In this document: one piece after another, positions 9,932-23,053 of the stretch
How the letters are laid out: every line of letters begins with the position of its first letter
How positions within the stretch are numbered: the stretch's first letter is position 1
Assembly: GCA_963710375.1 (NCBI GenBank)
Contig: CAVPZX010000002.1
Span: 96,001-160,000, forward strand
Direction of reading: 5' to 3'
Source of the DNA: Nitrospirota bacterium
GTDB taxonomy: Bacteria > Nitrospirota > Thermodesulfovibrionia > Thermodesulfovibrionales > Dissulfurispiraceae
DNA: 64,000 bases
The notes under the pieces: model-generated
Told to the model about the DNA's origin: nothing
Databases searched by the model: none
What the model saw: only the letters and a program-made list of their open reading frames with translations
Position numbers and translations under genes: made by a program

Positions 9932-11563
9932 ATGTTTTGTTATCAGTGTGAACAGGCGGCAAAAGGAAAAGGTTGTTCAATAAAAGGCGTTTGCGGAAAG
10001 CAGCCTGACGTAGCAGCGCTTCAGGACCTGCTGGTGTATTCATTGCAGGGGATAGGTCTTTACGCAACAGAGGGCAAGAAAGTGGGAATCAGTAACAGAG
10101 AAGTAGATGAATTCACTGTCAAAGCCCTTTTTTCAACCCTTACCAATGTTAATTTCGACGCCTCGAGCTTTGTCTCTCTCATAAATAAGAGCGTAGAAAT
10201 CAGGGATAGGTTTGCCGGAGAGGTCAAGGCTGCCGGTGGTAATACCGCCGCGTTTTCTACAGGACCCGCAGTTTTCAGGCCCGAAAAAACAATGGAGGGT
10301 CTGTTGCAGCAGGGTGAAAAGTCTGCGCTGAATTCTGATACTTCTGTTGATCCTGATATCCGGTCACTGCAGCATACTGTCTTGTTCGGCATAAAAGGAG
10401 TAGCTGCATATGCAGATCACGCACAGATATTGGGGAAGAGCGATGAATCGGTATACGCCTTTGTCCATGAAGCCCTCGCAGCGCTGACTAAACAAGACCT
10501 GAGTCTCAATGACTGGGTGGGGCTAACTCTCAAGTGCGGTGAGATAAACCTCAAAGCGATGGAAATCCTTGATGCTGCAAATACCGGAAAATACGGCGCT
10601 CCTGTGCCGACAAAGGTTCCGCTTGGAGCAAAGAAAGGAAAGGCGATACTGGTTTCAGGCCACGATCTCAGGGACATGGAAGAAGTGCTAAAACAGAGCG
10701 ACGGCAAGGGTATTTATGTCTACACTCACGGCGAAATGCTTCCCACTCATGCCTATCCCCTGCTAAAAAAATATCCCCACTTCTACGGGCACTATGGCAC
10801 GGCATGGCAGAACCAGCACAAAGAATTTGCGCAGTTTCCCGGTGCTATACTTATGACTACCAATTGCCTCCAGGAGCCTAAGGACTCGTATAAAGACAAT
10901 ATCTTTACAACCGGCCTTGTGGGCTGGCCAGGTGTCAGCCACATCTCCGATAACAATTTTTCCCCTGTGATTGAACGTGCCCTGTCGCTGCCAGGATTTA
11001 CGGAAGATTCCAACGGCAAGTCAGTGATGACCGGTTTCGCAAGAGATGCCGTAATGGGCGTTGCAGGGACGGTTATTGAAGCGGTCAAAAGCAATAAGAT
11101 TCGCCACTTCTTTCTCGTTGCAGGCTGCGATGGCGCAAAGCCGGGACGGAATTATTATACCGAGTTTGTTGAGAAAGTACCGAAGGATTGTGTCGTCCTG
11201 ACCCTTGCCTGCGGCAAGTTCCGCTTTTTCGATAAAGAGCTCGGTGATATCGGAGGGATCCCAAGGCTGCTTGATGTAGGACAGTGTAATGATGCATATT
11301 CCGCCATCCAGATTGCTGTGGCTCTATCCAAGGCCTTTAACGTTGGGGTGAATGAGCTGCCTCTTTCCATGGTGCTTTCCTGGTATGAGCAGAAGGCCGT
11401 GGCCATTCTTCTCACCCTTTTATATCTTGGAATAAAGAATATCCGCCTCGGACCGTCACTGCCTGCGTTTCTTACGCCTAATGTGCTTGATATCCTGGTA
11501 AAGAATTTTAATATTATGGCAATCACAACACCCGATGCAGACTTGAAGTCGATTCTGGGGTAG
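9932..11563 (+). CDS. hcp: Hybrid cluster protein (hydroxylamine/NO reductase)
   Basis: MFCYQCEQ..GC...GVCGK, SGHDL, THGEMLP, TTNC, AGCDG, ACGK, GQCND, SWYEQKAV. Confidence 0.98.
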   Translation: MFCYQCEQAAKGKGCSIKGVCGKQPDVAALQDLLVYSLQGIGLYATEGKKVGISNREVDEFTVKALFSTLTNVNFDASSFVSLINKSVEIRDRFAGEVKAAGGNTAAFSTGPAVFRPEKTMEGLLQQGEKSALNSDTSVDPDIRSLQHTVLFGIKGVAAYADHAQILGKSDESVYAFVHEALAALTKQDLSLNDWVGLTLKCGEINLKAMEILDAANTGKYGAPVPTKVPLGAKKGKAILVSGHDLRDMEEVLKQSDGKGIYVYTHGEMLPTHAYPLLKKYPHFYGHYGTAWQNQHKEFAQFPGAILMTTNCLQEPKDSYKDNIFTTGLVGWPGVSHISDNNFSPVIERALSLPGFTEDSNGKSVMTGFARDAVMGVAGTVIEAVKSNKIRHFFLVAGCDGAKPGRNYYTEFVEKVPKDCVVLTLACGKFRFFDKELGDIGGIPRLLDVGQCNDAYSAIQIAVALSKAFNVGVNELPLSMVLSWYEQKAVAILLTLLYLGIKNIRLGPSLPAFLTPNVLDILVKNFNIMAITTPDADLKSILG

Positions 11564-11570
11564 CAGTATC

Positions 11571-11610
11571 AGGGAGACGGTCTTGTCAGGCATCCAGGGC
11601 CGTCTCCCGA
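11571..11610 (+). terminator. Stem-loop after hcp
   Basis: GGGAGACGG...CCGTCTCCC inverted repeat just after the stop; no clear U-tract. Confidence 0.45.
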
Positions 11611-11697
11611 CTACGTCCCGACCGGAGATCAAACTTGCAGTCTATGCTGTTTTCTGATATGAATAATTAAGTGCTCGCCGGGAGGTGACATAGATAC

Positions 11698-13050
11698 ATG
11701 GTTCATTCGTATCCGCATAATTTAGTGGAGATACTGCTCGAAAAATGGGATGCCGGCCAGGCCGTAGTTGCTTCAGGCGCTGCATCAATGGACGTTAAAT
11801 TTGACCAATTGCCGGGCTCCGCGGTGTTAGAGAGGCTTATTTCGACTTGTTACCAAACCAGCATATTGCTGGAAGAAGAGAGACCCTTGCGATTCAGGCT
11901 TATTTCACGAGACCCGGAAAGGCTTGCAGCCGAAGATGGTCCTCCCGATGGCCTGCACAGGCTTATTTTTAGTGAGCCTCGCCCCTTCAACGAATATGAG
12001 TTGCGGAAATTGGCACCCGCTGTCGATTATTCCCGTTCACTTATCGGTATTAAAGTAAACGCTGTTGGAGAACTCCAAATTTGGGGGTTAATACATTCGG
12101 GCTGGAGATGGATACAGGCAATAAGGGGAGGCGGACTGGAATATGCGCCGCTGCCTGAATCACTTGTTTTGTATGTTACAGGTCCAGGGCAAATTGTAGT
12201 TTGCAAGGGCTCTGCAATGATAGCTATGCTAAAGGGTGGAAAGATTTTCACACCAGCCAAGAGCGTATTCAAATCACGTTGGTTTAGTGATCGCCTCACT
12301 GAAGCATACACGGAACTCTGGAATCTCCATGAGGCTGCACGTTTAAAGGCGGATGGACATTGGGCTTTGCTGGAACGGAACTTCCCGAACATGATTGCCC
12401 AGGAAGTCACCAAACGCATAATCAGCACAGTGCGCAATTCTCACCACGGTGGTACAATAATCACTCTGCCCCAAAAGGTGGCGTCTGAGGTCTGCTCTGA
12501 GAATCATTACTTGAATATTAAGTACCCGTTTATAGATGAGGAACCAAGGCACAGGTTCCGCACATTGCTTATTAAACTCATGAACACTCTTGCAGAAAGT
12601 TATGGAGACTTAAGCCAGGCCTATCGGACCGTGGGCTGGAAAGAGTATGTTGCGAGCAAAAATGATGCCCTCACACAGCTCGACGAAGCTGTCTTAGAAT
12701 ACGCGCATTTCATCGCGGGCCTGACAGCTGTTGACGGTGCTGTCATACTATCGCAAAAGCATGAACTCATTGGTTTCGGGGGAGTGATTCTGGAATCTTT
12801 GAATAAGGTGAATCTTGTTGCGCGATCATTGGATTCTGAGGGCGATAGCACGGCATTGGAACCGGTGGACGGGGTAGGAATGCGCCACAGAACTGTTTAT
12901 CACCTTTGTAATGCGCTGCATGATGCCTTGGCAATGGTCATCTCCCAGGATGGAGATGTGGATGTCGTAAAGTGGAAAAATGGCATTGTCACTTGTTGGA
13001 CTGTCTCGCCATATCCGCATTTTACAGAAAATCCCGACATCCCTGACTAG
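11698..13050 (+). CDS. DAC (DisA_N)-fold protein with large N-terminal putative sensor region (DACNV-like)
   Basis: C-terminal HGG...VDGAV...GFG...GMRHR...ISQDG motif order of diadenylate-cyclase domains; N-terminal S..EE.R motif. Confidence 0.7.
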   Translation: MVHSYPHNLVEILLEKWDAGQAVVASGAASMDVKFDQLPGSAVLERLISTCYQTSILLEEERPLRFRLISRDPERLAAEDGPPDGLHRLIFSEPRPFNEYELRKLAPAVDYSRSLIGIKVNAVGELQIWGLIHSGWRWIQAIRGGGLEYAPLPESLVLYVTGPGQIVVCKGSAMIAMLKGGKIFTPAKSVFKSRWFSDRLTEAYTELWNLHEAARLKADGHWALLERNFPNMIAQEVTKRIISTVRNSHHGGTIITLPQKVASEVCSENHYLNIKYPFIDEEPRHRFRTLLIKLMNTLAESYGDLSQAYRTVGWKEYVASKNDALTQLDEAVLEYAHFIAGLTAVDGAVILSQKHELIGFGGVILESLNKVNLVARSLDSEGDSTALEPVDGVGMRHRTVYHLCNALHDALAMVISQDGDVDVVKWKNGIVTCWTVSPYPHFTENPDIPD

Positions 13051-13114
13051 AGTAAGCGGGACTGCGGTGCTTTAATGATTGCCAAATAGCGGTGTTTCTG
13101 TTATATTTCCTCCT

Positions 13115-14125
13115 ATGATGCCTACCGCAGGATATATTTTAGTTGTCGGTGCAGGGAGTTGGGGAACTACCCTGGCTGCCATGCTTGCCGACAAGGGTTT
13201 CGATGTTCTGCTTTGGGCGCACGAGGAAGAAATAGTTGAGCAAATCAACAATGACAGGACAAATGGTGTATACCTCCCGGACATAAAACTGCCTTTCTAC
13301 CTCAGGGCTACCACTAATCTTGTCGATGCTGTCGCTTCCGCCCGATATATTGTTAATGCTGTGCCGACCCAGTATATACGATCGGTCTTCCTTCATCTCA
13401 AAAGTCACCTGAGCTATGAATCCGTAATTGTCAGCGTGTCAAAAGGGATAGAGATAGGGACGCTTCTGACCCCTTCCCAGATACTGAAAGAGATTCTCGG
13501 CAGGCCTGTCTCAGTCCTGTCGGGACCGAGTTTCGCAAAAGAAGTCATGGCCCGGAAGCCCACTGCAGTCACTCTTGCAGCAGAAGACAAGAAAACAGGA
13601 CTGCTCCTGCAGGAACTTTTTAATACAGACTACTTCAGGGTGTATACCCATGACGATATCATCGGTGTTGAATTCGGCGGGGCATTGAAAAACGTCGTAG
13701 CCATTGCTGCGGGCATCTCCGACGGCATGGGTCTCGGCTATAATGCAAGGGCAGCGCTCATCACGAGGGGCCTCTCCGAAATAGCCCGCCTGAGCATACG
13801 TATGAATGCCAAGGAAATGACATTTTCCGGGCTCAGCGGTCTGGGGGACCTCGTGCTAACCTGCACCGGCGCACTCTCAAGGAATTACACTGTCGGCTTA
13901 AAACTAGGCCAGGGGATGAAACTGCACGAGATAACCGGAAAGATGCCGCAAATTGCCGAGGGAGTGGCCACTACACTATCGGCACATGACCTCTCGAAAA
14001 AACAAGAAGTGGATATGCCTATAACTGAGCAGGTGTATTTGACACTCTATGAAGACAAACCACCTACGGAAGCACTGAACGATCTGATGAACCGCTCTCT
14101 TAAAATGGAATTCCATGGTTACTGA
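13115..14125 (+). CDS. gpsA: NAD(P)H-dependent glycerol-3-phosphate dehydrogenase
   Basis: GAGSWGTTLA, SKGIE, LSGPSFAKEV, GGALKNV, GLGDLVLTC, SRN. Confidence 0.97.
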   Translation: MMPTAGYILVVGAGSWGTTLAAMLADKGFDVLLWAHEEEIVEQINNDRTNGVYLPDIKLPFYLRATTNLVDAVASARYIVNAVPTQYIRSVFLHLKSHLSYESVIVSVSKGIEIGTLLTPSQILKEILGRPVSVLSGPSFAKEVMARKPTAVTLAAEDKKTGLLLQELFNTDYFRVYTHDDIIGVEFGGALKNVVAIAAGISDGMGLGYNARAALITRGLSEIARLSIRMNAKEMTFSGLSGLGDLVLTCTGALSRNYTVGLKLGQGMKLHEITGKMPQIAEGVATTLSAHDLSKKQEVDMPITEQVYLTLYEDKPPTEALNDLMNRSLKMEFHGY

Positions 14126-14128
14126 AAA

Positions 14129-14878
14129 GTGGACAACAAAATACTAAAGACGCTTCTTCGTGATGTAAAAACCGGAAGGGTGCCCGTAGGCAAGGCGCTT
14201 GACTCACTTAAACACCTTCCGTACGAGGAACTGGATTTTGCAAAGGTCGATCATCACCGGTCTATTCGCAGCGCTATTCCTGAAGTCATTTTCGCCCAGA
14301 ATAAAAAAACCGGTGATGTGGTCGCCATCGCCCATGCTATGCTGAAAAAGAGCGGCCGTTTTCTCATCACGAGGGCGAGGCAGGATATTTATGATGCAAT
14401 CGATGTGAAACAATCGAAGTTCTACCCTGCGTCCGGCATAATTTCATGCGGAAAAAACTTGCCCCTTAAAGGCCATGTACTAATCGTTTCCGCCGGGACA
14501 TCGGACATCCCTGTAGCAGAAGAGGCAGAAGTGACCGCTTCCTTTTTAGGCAGCAGGACCGAAAAAATTTTTGACGTCGGCGTTGCGGGAATTCACCGTG
14601 TCCTGAGTTTCAGGGACCGTATTGCACAAGCCCGTGTGATCATCGTTGTTGCAGGTATGGAAGGGGCCCTGCCTTCTGTAGTCGGAGGGCTGACTGACAA
14701 ACCGGTCGTGGCAGTGCCTACTTCTGTGGGCTACGGTACAAGCCTCGGCGGGCTTACCGCACTCTTTGCAATGCTCAATTCATGTGTACCGGGCATGGCG
14801 GTGGTCAATATCGACAATGGATTCGGCGCAGGCTGCCTGGCTCACAAGATAAACATAATAGGACTCAAGTCAGTTTAG
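14129..14878 (+). CDS. larB: Nickel-pincer cofactor biosynthesis carboxylase
   Basis: FAKVDHHR, PEVIF, AGTSDIPVAEEA, DVGVAGIHR, AGMEGALPSV, PTSVGYG, VNIDNGFGA. Confidence 0.93.
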   Translation: MDNKILKTLLRDVKTGRVPVGKALDSLKHLPYEELDFAKVDHHRSIRSAIPEVIFAQNKKTGDVVAIAHAMLKKSGRFLITRARQDIYDAIDVKQSKFYPASGIISCGKNLPLKGHVLIVSAGTSDIPVAEEAEVTASFLGSRTEKIFDVGVAGIHRVLSFRDRIAQARVIIVVAGMEGALPSVVGGLTDKPVVAVPTSVGYGTSLGGLTALFAMLNSCVPGMAVVNIDNGFGAGCLAHKINIIGLKSV

Positions 14879-14889
14879 GTATTGAATCA

Positions 14890-16536
14890 ATGAATACGAA
14901 GAAGAAAGTCTTTCTTGGCCTTTGCGGCGTCGTCATAGCACTTGTTCTTGCAGTAGTCGTTTTCTCCCTCACCTTTGACATAAATTCCTACAAGCCCCGC
15001 ATCGAGGCCGTAGCTTCAGGAGCGACCGGCCTCGATGTAAAGATCAATGGGAAAATGGGTATATCTTTCTTTCCCTTTGGCATATCGGCTCAAGACATCC
15101 ACGTCTCCAACAAAGGAGGCGATATCCTTTCCCTCGAAAAACTCAAGATAGGGGCAGAGTTGATACCACTTCTGAAGAAGCGACTCAATGTCACCGAACT
15201 GGAGCTTGTCAAGCCGGTCGTCACCATTGTGAAAGACAGTAAGGATAAATATAATTTCGAAGGCACTGAACAGAAATCCAAGGAAGGGAGACCTGGAGCA
15301 GCCTTCAGCTTTAACGAGCTCAAAATGTCTCAGGGGGTACTGATATATCTCGACAAGAAGTCGGGGGAAAAGACGGAGTTGAGAGATTTCAATCTGGCTA
15401 TTAAGGATCTGTCAATAGCAGGGAACGTATCGTTCAAAGGAAGCTTCAACTGCAGGGAGGCGCTGCAAAGGGACTTCAAAATCGAGAATCTTAAGGCCAC
15501 TGTGAAAGCGGTCAAGGGGATGTTCGATTTCGAACCTCTTACCATCGGGACCCTCACTTACACTGACAAAAAAACGGGTAAAAAAACAGAGCTGAAAGAA
15601 ATTAATCTGGCTATCAATGATCTTTCCGTATCGAATACCTCAGGAGAAATTATAAAAAACATCACATTCACGGGCAACCTGGACTGCAAGGAGGTACGGG
15701 AAGGGGGCCTCGGGATCGACAACATCAAAAGTCCCATAAAAGCTGAGAAGGGTGTAATCTACCTCAGGCCTCTTAACATGGATATCTTCGGCGCAAAGGC
15801 TGACGCGGATGTCGCGGCAGACATGTCGGAAGTCAATGCCGTATATAAAATCAATTTGAAGATATCGAAGCTGGATTTCGAAAAGCTTGAGGAGTCCTTT
15901 GGCACAAAAAAGGTCATTGGCGGAAAGGGTGATCTTGACGCCTCACTTACGATGAAAGAAAAAGGCAGCCGCAATCTGATGAGCGGCATGGATGGTAACT
16001 TTTCCCTAAGGGGGAATAATCTCGTCATTTATACGATGGACCTCGACAAGATACTCTCGTCTCTTGAAGCAAGCCAGAAGTTCAACCTAGTCAACCTCGG
16101 CGCTTTCTTCATCGCCGGCCCTCTCGGTACCGCTGCACTCAAGGGTTACAGTTATGGGGACATTTACAACCAGACCCGCGGGGGGCGGGGCCTCATCACT
16201 CAGTTCGTCTCTCACTGGAAGATAAGGGCCGGTGTGGCGGACGCTACGGACTGCGCCCTTGCAACGCACCACAACCGGATCGCCCTTAAAGGCAAGCTCA
16301 ATCTTGTCAGCGAACGATATGATAATGTAATAGTGGCGCTTCTCAATGACAAGGGATGCGCAAAATTCAAACAGGTCATCAGCGGTCCCTTCGGTGGCCC
16401 TAAGATCGGCGCAGTGAGTACGGTCGAGACCATTGCCGGTCCACTCTTGAGTCTTTTCGGGAAGGCAAAGAGCCTGCTTCTAGGCGGCAAATGCGAGGTC
16501 TTTTATAACGGTGCTGTGCAGCAACCTCCAAAATGA
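14890..16536 (+). CDS. AsmA family protein
   Basis: N-terminal TM segment, FDINSYKPRIE..ATG..V.I.G; beta-rich; internal duplication of about 70 aa. Confidence 0.75.
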   Translation: MNTKKKVFLGLCGVVIALVLAVVVFSLTFDINSYKPRIEAVASGATGLDVKINGKMGISFFPFGISAQDIHVSNKGGDILSLEKLKIGAELIPLLKKRLNVTELELVKPVVTIVKDSKDKYNFEGTEQKSKEGRPGAAFSFNELKMSQGVLIYLDKKSGEKTELRDFNLAIKDLSIAGNVSFKGSFNCREALQRDFKIENLKATVKAVKGMFDFEPLTIGTLTYTDKKTGKKTELKEINLAINDLSVSNTSGEIIKNITFTGNLDCKEVREGGLGIDNIKSPIKAEKGVIYLRPLNMDIFGAKADADVAADMSEVNAVYKINLKISKLDFEKLEESFGTKKVIGGKGDLDASLTMKEKGSRNLMSGMDGNFSLRGNNLVIYTMDLDKILSSLEASQKFNLVNLGAFFIAGPLGTAALKGYSYGDIYNQTRGGRGLITQFVSHWKIRAGVADATDCALATHHNRIALKGKLNLVSERYDNVIVALLNDKGCAKFKQVISGPFGGPKIGAVSTVETIAGPLLSLFGKAKSLLLGGKCEVFYNGAVQQPPK

Positions 16537-16606
16537 AACCCTTCTTGTGCCGGAATGTTATTGCTCATCGATCCCCATATTTTGATATCTTTGGTCAGTC
16601 TCTACC

Positions 16607-17044
16607 TCAGCATATCTTTTCATCTTTATTCAAGATCGCCAATGTGATCCTTGACACACAGACCAGTTTGTCATTCTGGTTAGTTATTGTTATTTCCCAT
16701 ACATGGGTCTTCCTGCCGATGTGGATGGGCTTCACAACCCCGTAGACACGACCCGGGCGTGCGGGTCTGATATGATTTCCATTGATCTCCATCCCGACAC
16801 AATATTGTTTTTCCCTGTCGATACACATGAAACCGGCAATGCTTCCAAGGGATTCGGCTAACGTCAGAGACGCACCACCGTGAAGTATCCCGGCAGGTTG
16901 AACTGTCCTGTGGTCAACAGGCATCACGCCTTTAAGGTAGTCATCTCCGATTTCAGTGAATTCAATCCCAAGATGCTGAACCAATGTATTTTCGGACCTC
17001 TTGTTGAGGTCTTCAACTGTCATTTTGCCTTTCCATATGGCCAT
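16607..17044 (-). CDS. Hotdog-fold thioesterase (YdiI/MenI-like)
   Basis: MPVDHRTVQPAGILHGGASLTLAESLGS, GMEINGNH. Confidence 0.9.
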   Translation of the reverse strand: MAIWKGKMTVEDLNKRSENTLVQHLGIEFTEIGDDYLKGVMPVDHRTVQPAGILHGGASLTLAESLGSIAGFMCIDREKQYCVGMEINGNHIRPARPGRVYGVVKPIHIGRKTHVWEITITNQNDKLVCVSRITLAILNKDEKIC

Positions 17045-17094
17045 CTGGTCCTCCTCCTATTCTTTATCAATATTTTGTTTTGCTCCATTCCGAC

Positions 17095-17913
17095 TCACTG
17101 TGCGTCGGGGATAAAAAGGGCATTGCCGTTTTTATCTTTGTACGATGCGATAACCTGCTGGCCCTCTTTTGATATAAGCCAATTTATGAATGTCATTGCC
17201 TCGTTGTATTTGGCATGCTTATACTTCTGAGGATTTACCGCCATAACGCCATATTGATTGAATAAGGCAGGGTCTCCCTCAAGTACAATAACCATATCGA
17301 GCCTGTCCTTATCTTTGACGGCAAGCCATGTGCCCCTGTCAGTAAGAGTGTAGGCGCGTTTTTCATTTGCTATCCTCTGGGTCTTTTCCATCCCCTGCCC
17401 CGCGTCCAGATACCATTTCTGTCCCTTTGGATCGAGGCCTGCTTTCTTCCATATGGACAATTCCTTTATGTGCGTGCCTGATTTGTCGCCTCTCGAAACG
17501 AATGGGACTGATGAGCCTGCAATCCTTCTGAAGGCCTCTGCAGCCGATTTCAGGCCCCGCACCTTTGCAGGGTCATCGGGCGGCCCTATGATGACAAAGT
17601 CGTTGTACATGACGTCGTGGCGGTTTACAAAATATCCCTCTTCAACAGCTTTCAGTTCCTGCTCTTTTGCATGTACAAAAACGACGTCCGCATCGCCTCT
17701 TTTCCCGATTTCAATAGCAGCGCCGGTGCCAACGGCAACAACGTCAACTTTAATGCCGGTTTTCTTCTCAAATATGGGCAGAAGGTAATCGTACAGGCCG
17801 GAATTCTGCGTGCTGGTAGTTGAGGCGCACAGTATCTTTGTCCCGGCATAAACAATTCCGCAGGTGAGCAGCAGTGCAGACAAAAGGAATAAGAAAAAAA
17901 CTTTCATTTTCAT
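17095..17913 (-). CDS. tupA: Tungstate ABC transporter substrate-binding protein
   Basis: Signal peptide, STTTSTQNSGL (TTTS tungstate motif), GTGAA, FVSRGDKSGTH. Confidence 0.92.
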   Translation of the reverse strand: MKMKVFFLFLLSALLLTCGIVYAGTKILCASTTSTQNSGLYDYLLPIFEKKTGIKVDVVAVGTGAAIEIGKRGDADVVFVHAKEQELKAVEEGYFVNRHDVMYNDFVIIGPPDDPAKVRGLKSAAEAFRRIAGSSVPFVSRGDKSGTHIKELSIWKKAGLDPKGQKWYLDAGQGMEKTQRIANEKRAYTLTDRGTWLAVKDKDRLDMVIVLEGDPALFNQYGVMAVNPQKYKHAKYNEAMTFINWLISKEGQQVIASYKDKNGNALFIPDAQ

Positions 17914-18011
17914 AATATCATCCTCCTATATATTTTCAAAAGTATACTATATTATTAAAATGTGAACAATAACCATGACTCTCTCCCCTGTTTTCTTTTA
18001 TAATGCATTAT

Positions 18012-18719
18012 ATGTCTCCGCTATTGGATGGACTAGGGAAAGCCCTCACCCTTATCGTCAGCTTCAACCCTGAACTGCTGGGTATCATACTCCTGTCTTT
18101 AGCTGTTTCCGGTACCGCCCTGTTCGTTGCAACCTCTCTCGGTCTTCCCTTCGGCGCTTTAATGGGTCTCAAAGAGCTCCCGGCGCGAGGGCTGCTTATC
18201 AATCTTATGAACACGTTCATGGGGCTGCCTCCCGTGGTCGTGGGGCTTTTTTTGTATTTGCTGCTCTCGAGAAGCGGTCCCCTGGGTTTTATGGGGCTGC
18301 TCTACTCCCCCTCTGCTATGATAGTCGCACAGGCCATTCTTGCCTTCCCCATTGTGGCGGCACTCTGCCATTCTGCCATTGTCAATGTCGATCCCCTTAT
18401 CAGGCAAGCCTCGTTGACCCTCGGCGCAACCCCCTTACAGGTCACTGTTACTGTTATCAAAGAGGCCAGGTATGGGATCATGTCCGCCATCATTGCAGCC
18501 TTCGGAAGAGTAATGGCAGAGGTAGGAGCTATATTGATCGTGGGGGGAAATATTGCCGGGTACACAAGGGTCATGACCACCACCATAGCATTGGAAACCG
18601 ACAAGGGAAACTTTGAACTGGCGCTGGCACTGGGCATTATCCTTCTGGCGCTATCTTTGCTTATAAACAGCATGCTGCATGTGGTGCAGAAAAAAGGAGC
18701 GGTATCATTACAAAGATGA
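18012..18719 (+). CDS. tupB: Tungstate ABC transporter permease
   Basis: MGLPPVVVGL, FGRVMAEVGA, GGNIAGYTRVMTTTIALET. Confidence 0.9.
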   Translation: MSPLLDGLGKALTLIVSFNPELLGIILLSLAVSGTALFVATSLGLPFGALMGLKELPARGLLINLMNTFMGLPPVVVGLFLYLLLSRSGPLGFMGLLYSPSAMIVAQAILAFPIVAALCHSAIVNVDPLIRQASLTLGATPLQVTVTVIKEARYGIMSAIIAAFGRVMAEVGAILIVGGNIAGYTRVMTTTIALETDKGNFELALALGIILLALSLLINSMLHVVQKKGAVSLQR

Positions 18720-19363
18720 ACCTTACCTTGCAAGTATCGGACATAGCAAAAAGCTATAACGGCAATACGGTGCTGGACCATTGCTCTTTCTCATTCGATG
18801 CCGTGGGAACATATGTACTGACAGGACCCAACGGCTGCGGCAAATCAACCTTCCTCAGGATCTGCGCACTTATCGAGCAGCCGGACACCGGTTCGGTCAC
18901 GTTATACTCAGAAGGCTCAACGCTAAAAGAGACAATGGATGTGAAACGCAGGTTGACCCTTGTGCTGCCTAAAGTCGGCGTCTTTAACACAACGGTCATG
19001 AAGAATGCAGCCTACGGTTTGAGGATAAGGGATACCGACAAGGTCACTATACTGGAAAAGACTCAGCGCGCTCTCGAATTCGTGGGTCTTGCGCACAAGA
19101 GCCATCAGAACGCCCTGACTCTATCGAGTGGTGAGACGAAAAGGCTCGGTATTGCAAGAGCGCTCATCATAGAGCCTGACATTCTCTTTCTTGATGAGCC
19201 CACTGCTTCGGTAGATAGTAAAAACACAAGAATAATTGAAACCATCCTCGAATCGCTTAAGTCGGACAATAAATCTATTGTCGTAATAGCGACGCATGAC
19301 AATGATCAGGCGAAACGCCTTGCCGACCGCTTGCTGGTTATGAAAGACGGGAGGATTTGGTAG
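18716..19363 (+). CDS. tupC: Tungstate ABC transporter ATPase
   Basis: GPNGCGKS, LSSGE, FLDEPT; overlaps the tupB stop (ATGA). Confidence 0.85.
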   Translation: MNLTLQVSDIAKSYNGNTVLDHCSFSFDAVGTYVLTGPNGCGKSTFLRICALIEQPDTGSVTLYSEGSTLKETMDVKRRLTLVLPKVGVFNTTVMKNAAYGLRIRDTDKVTILEKTQRALEFVGLAHKSHQNALTLSSGETKRLGIARALIIEPDILFLDEPTASVDSKNTRIIETILESLKSDNKSIVVIATHDNDQAKRLADRLLVMKDGRIW

Positions 19364-19520
19364 CGGGTCAGTCCTGCTTCAAGATGGGTACTTCCTGTAC
19401 TCACCACCTTACAGACATGTCTAGGAAGTGTCACCTTCGAGTGGAATGTGTTGGACCTCAAACCTCTTTGACCGTAGCTGCTTCTTCAGTGCGATGGTCT
19501 TGCCCGTGGTAAGATAAGTT

Positions 19521-20198
19521 ATGCGCAATCTCAATGCTCAGGCATGGCTCAGCCTCGTCGTCCTCACCGTCGTAATGGCTCTTCTGCTATTCATTCCAGC
19601 TGGGACCATCGACTACTGGCAGGCATGGGTGTACCTATTGATCTTTATGGGGTCATCCCTCCTTACGACGCTCTATCTCATGAAAAAGGACCAGGCGCTT
19701 CTCAATCGTCGCATGCGGGGTGGGCCGACTGCTGAAAAGCGAAGAACACAGAAGCTCATTATGCTCTGTATGTCAATCTGCTTCATTGCTCTTCTTGTCG
19801 TCCCTGCGCTCGACCACCGCTTCCGGTGGTCTGCAATGCCGCTCTCCTGCGTTATAGTCGGGGACGTTCTCGTTGCGATAGGGTTCTATTTCATTTTCCT
19901 CATCTACAAAGAAAACACGTTCACTTCTGCGACCATCGAAGTCGCGGACGGTCAGAAGGTGATTTCTACTGGGCCATATGCCATTGTGCGCCACCCTCTG
20001 TACGCCAGCTCGTTGTTGTACTTGGTTGGCACTCCTCTTGCCCTGGGTTCGTTTTGGGACCTCCTCACGCTCTCGGCCATGATGCCATTCCTGATATGGC
20101 GGCTCTATGACGAGGAGAGCTTTCTCGCTGGGAATCTTCCTGGATATACGGAATACCAGAAAAAGGTCCGGCATCGTCTTATACCCTTTATTTGGTAG
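19521..20198 (+). CDS. Isoprenylcysteine carboxyl methyltransferase family membrane protein
   Basis: Several TM segments, ENTF, TGPYAIVRHPLY, EE..L...PGY.EY. Confidence 0.88.
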   Translation: MRNLNAQAWLSLVVLTVVMALLLFIPAGTIDYWQAWVYLLIFMGSSLLTTLYLMKKDQALLNRRMRGGPTAEKRRTQKLIMLCMSICFIALLVVPALDHRFRWSAMPLSCVIVGDVLVAIGFYFIFLIYKENTFTSATIEVADGQKVISTGPYAIVRHPLYASSLLYLVGTPLALGSFWDLLTLSAMMPFLIWRLYDEESFLAGNLPGYTEYQKKVRHRLIPFIW

Positions 20199-20208
20199 AA
20201 TGTCGGGG

Positions 20209-20260
20209 TTGACAAAGGTATTTGCAGGTGATAAACTTTTTTCATTAGGAATAGTTCCGG
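20209..20260 (+). promoter_or_regulatory. Sigma70 promoter of the perR-katG pair with possible operator
   Basis: TTGACA-17-TAAACT (20209-20237) followed by the dyad GGAA-TAG-TTCC. Confidence 0.6.
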
Positions 20261-20267
20261 ATAAGCC

Positions 20268-23001
<2,734 letters not shown>

Positions 23002-23053
23002 TCGTAGCATAAACGTCTTCGAGGGCTTTTGACAGGGCGACGAAAGAACGGTC

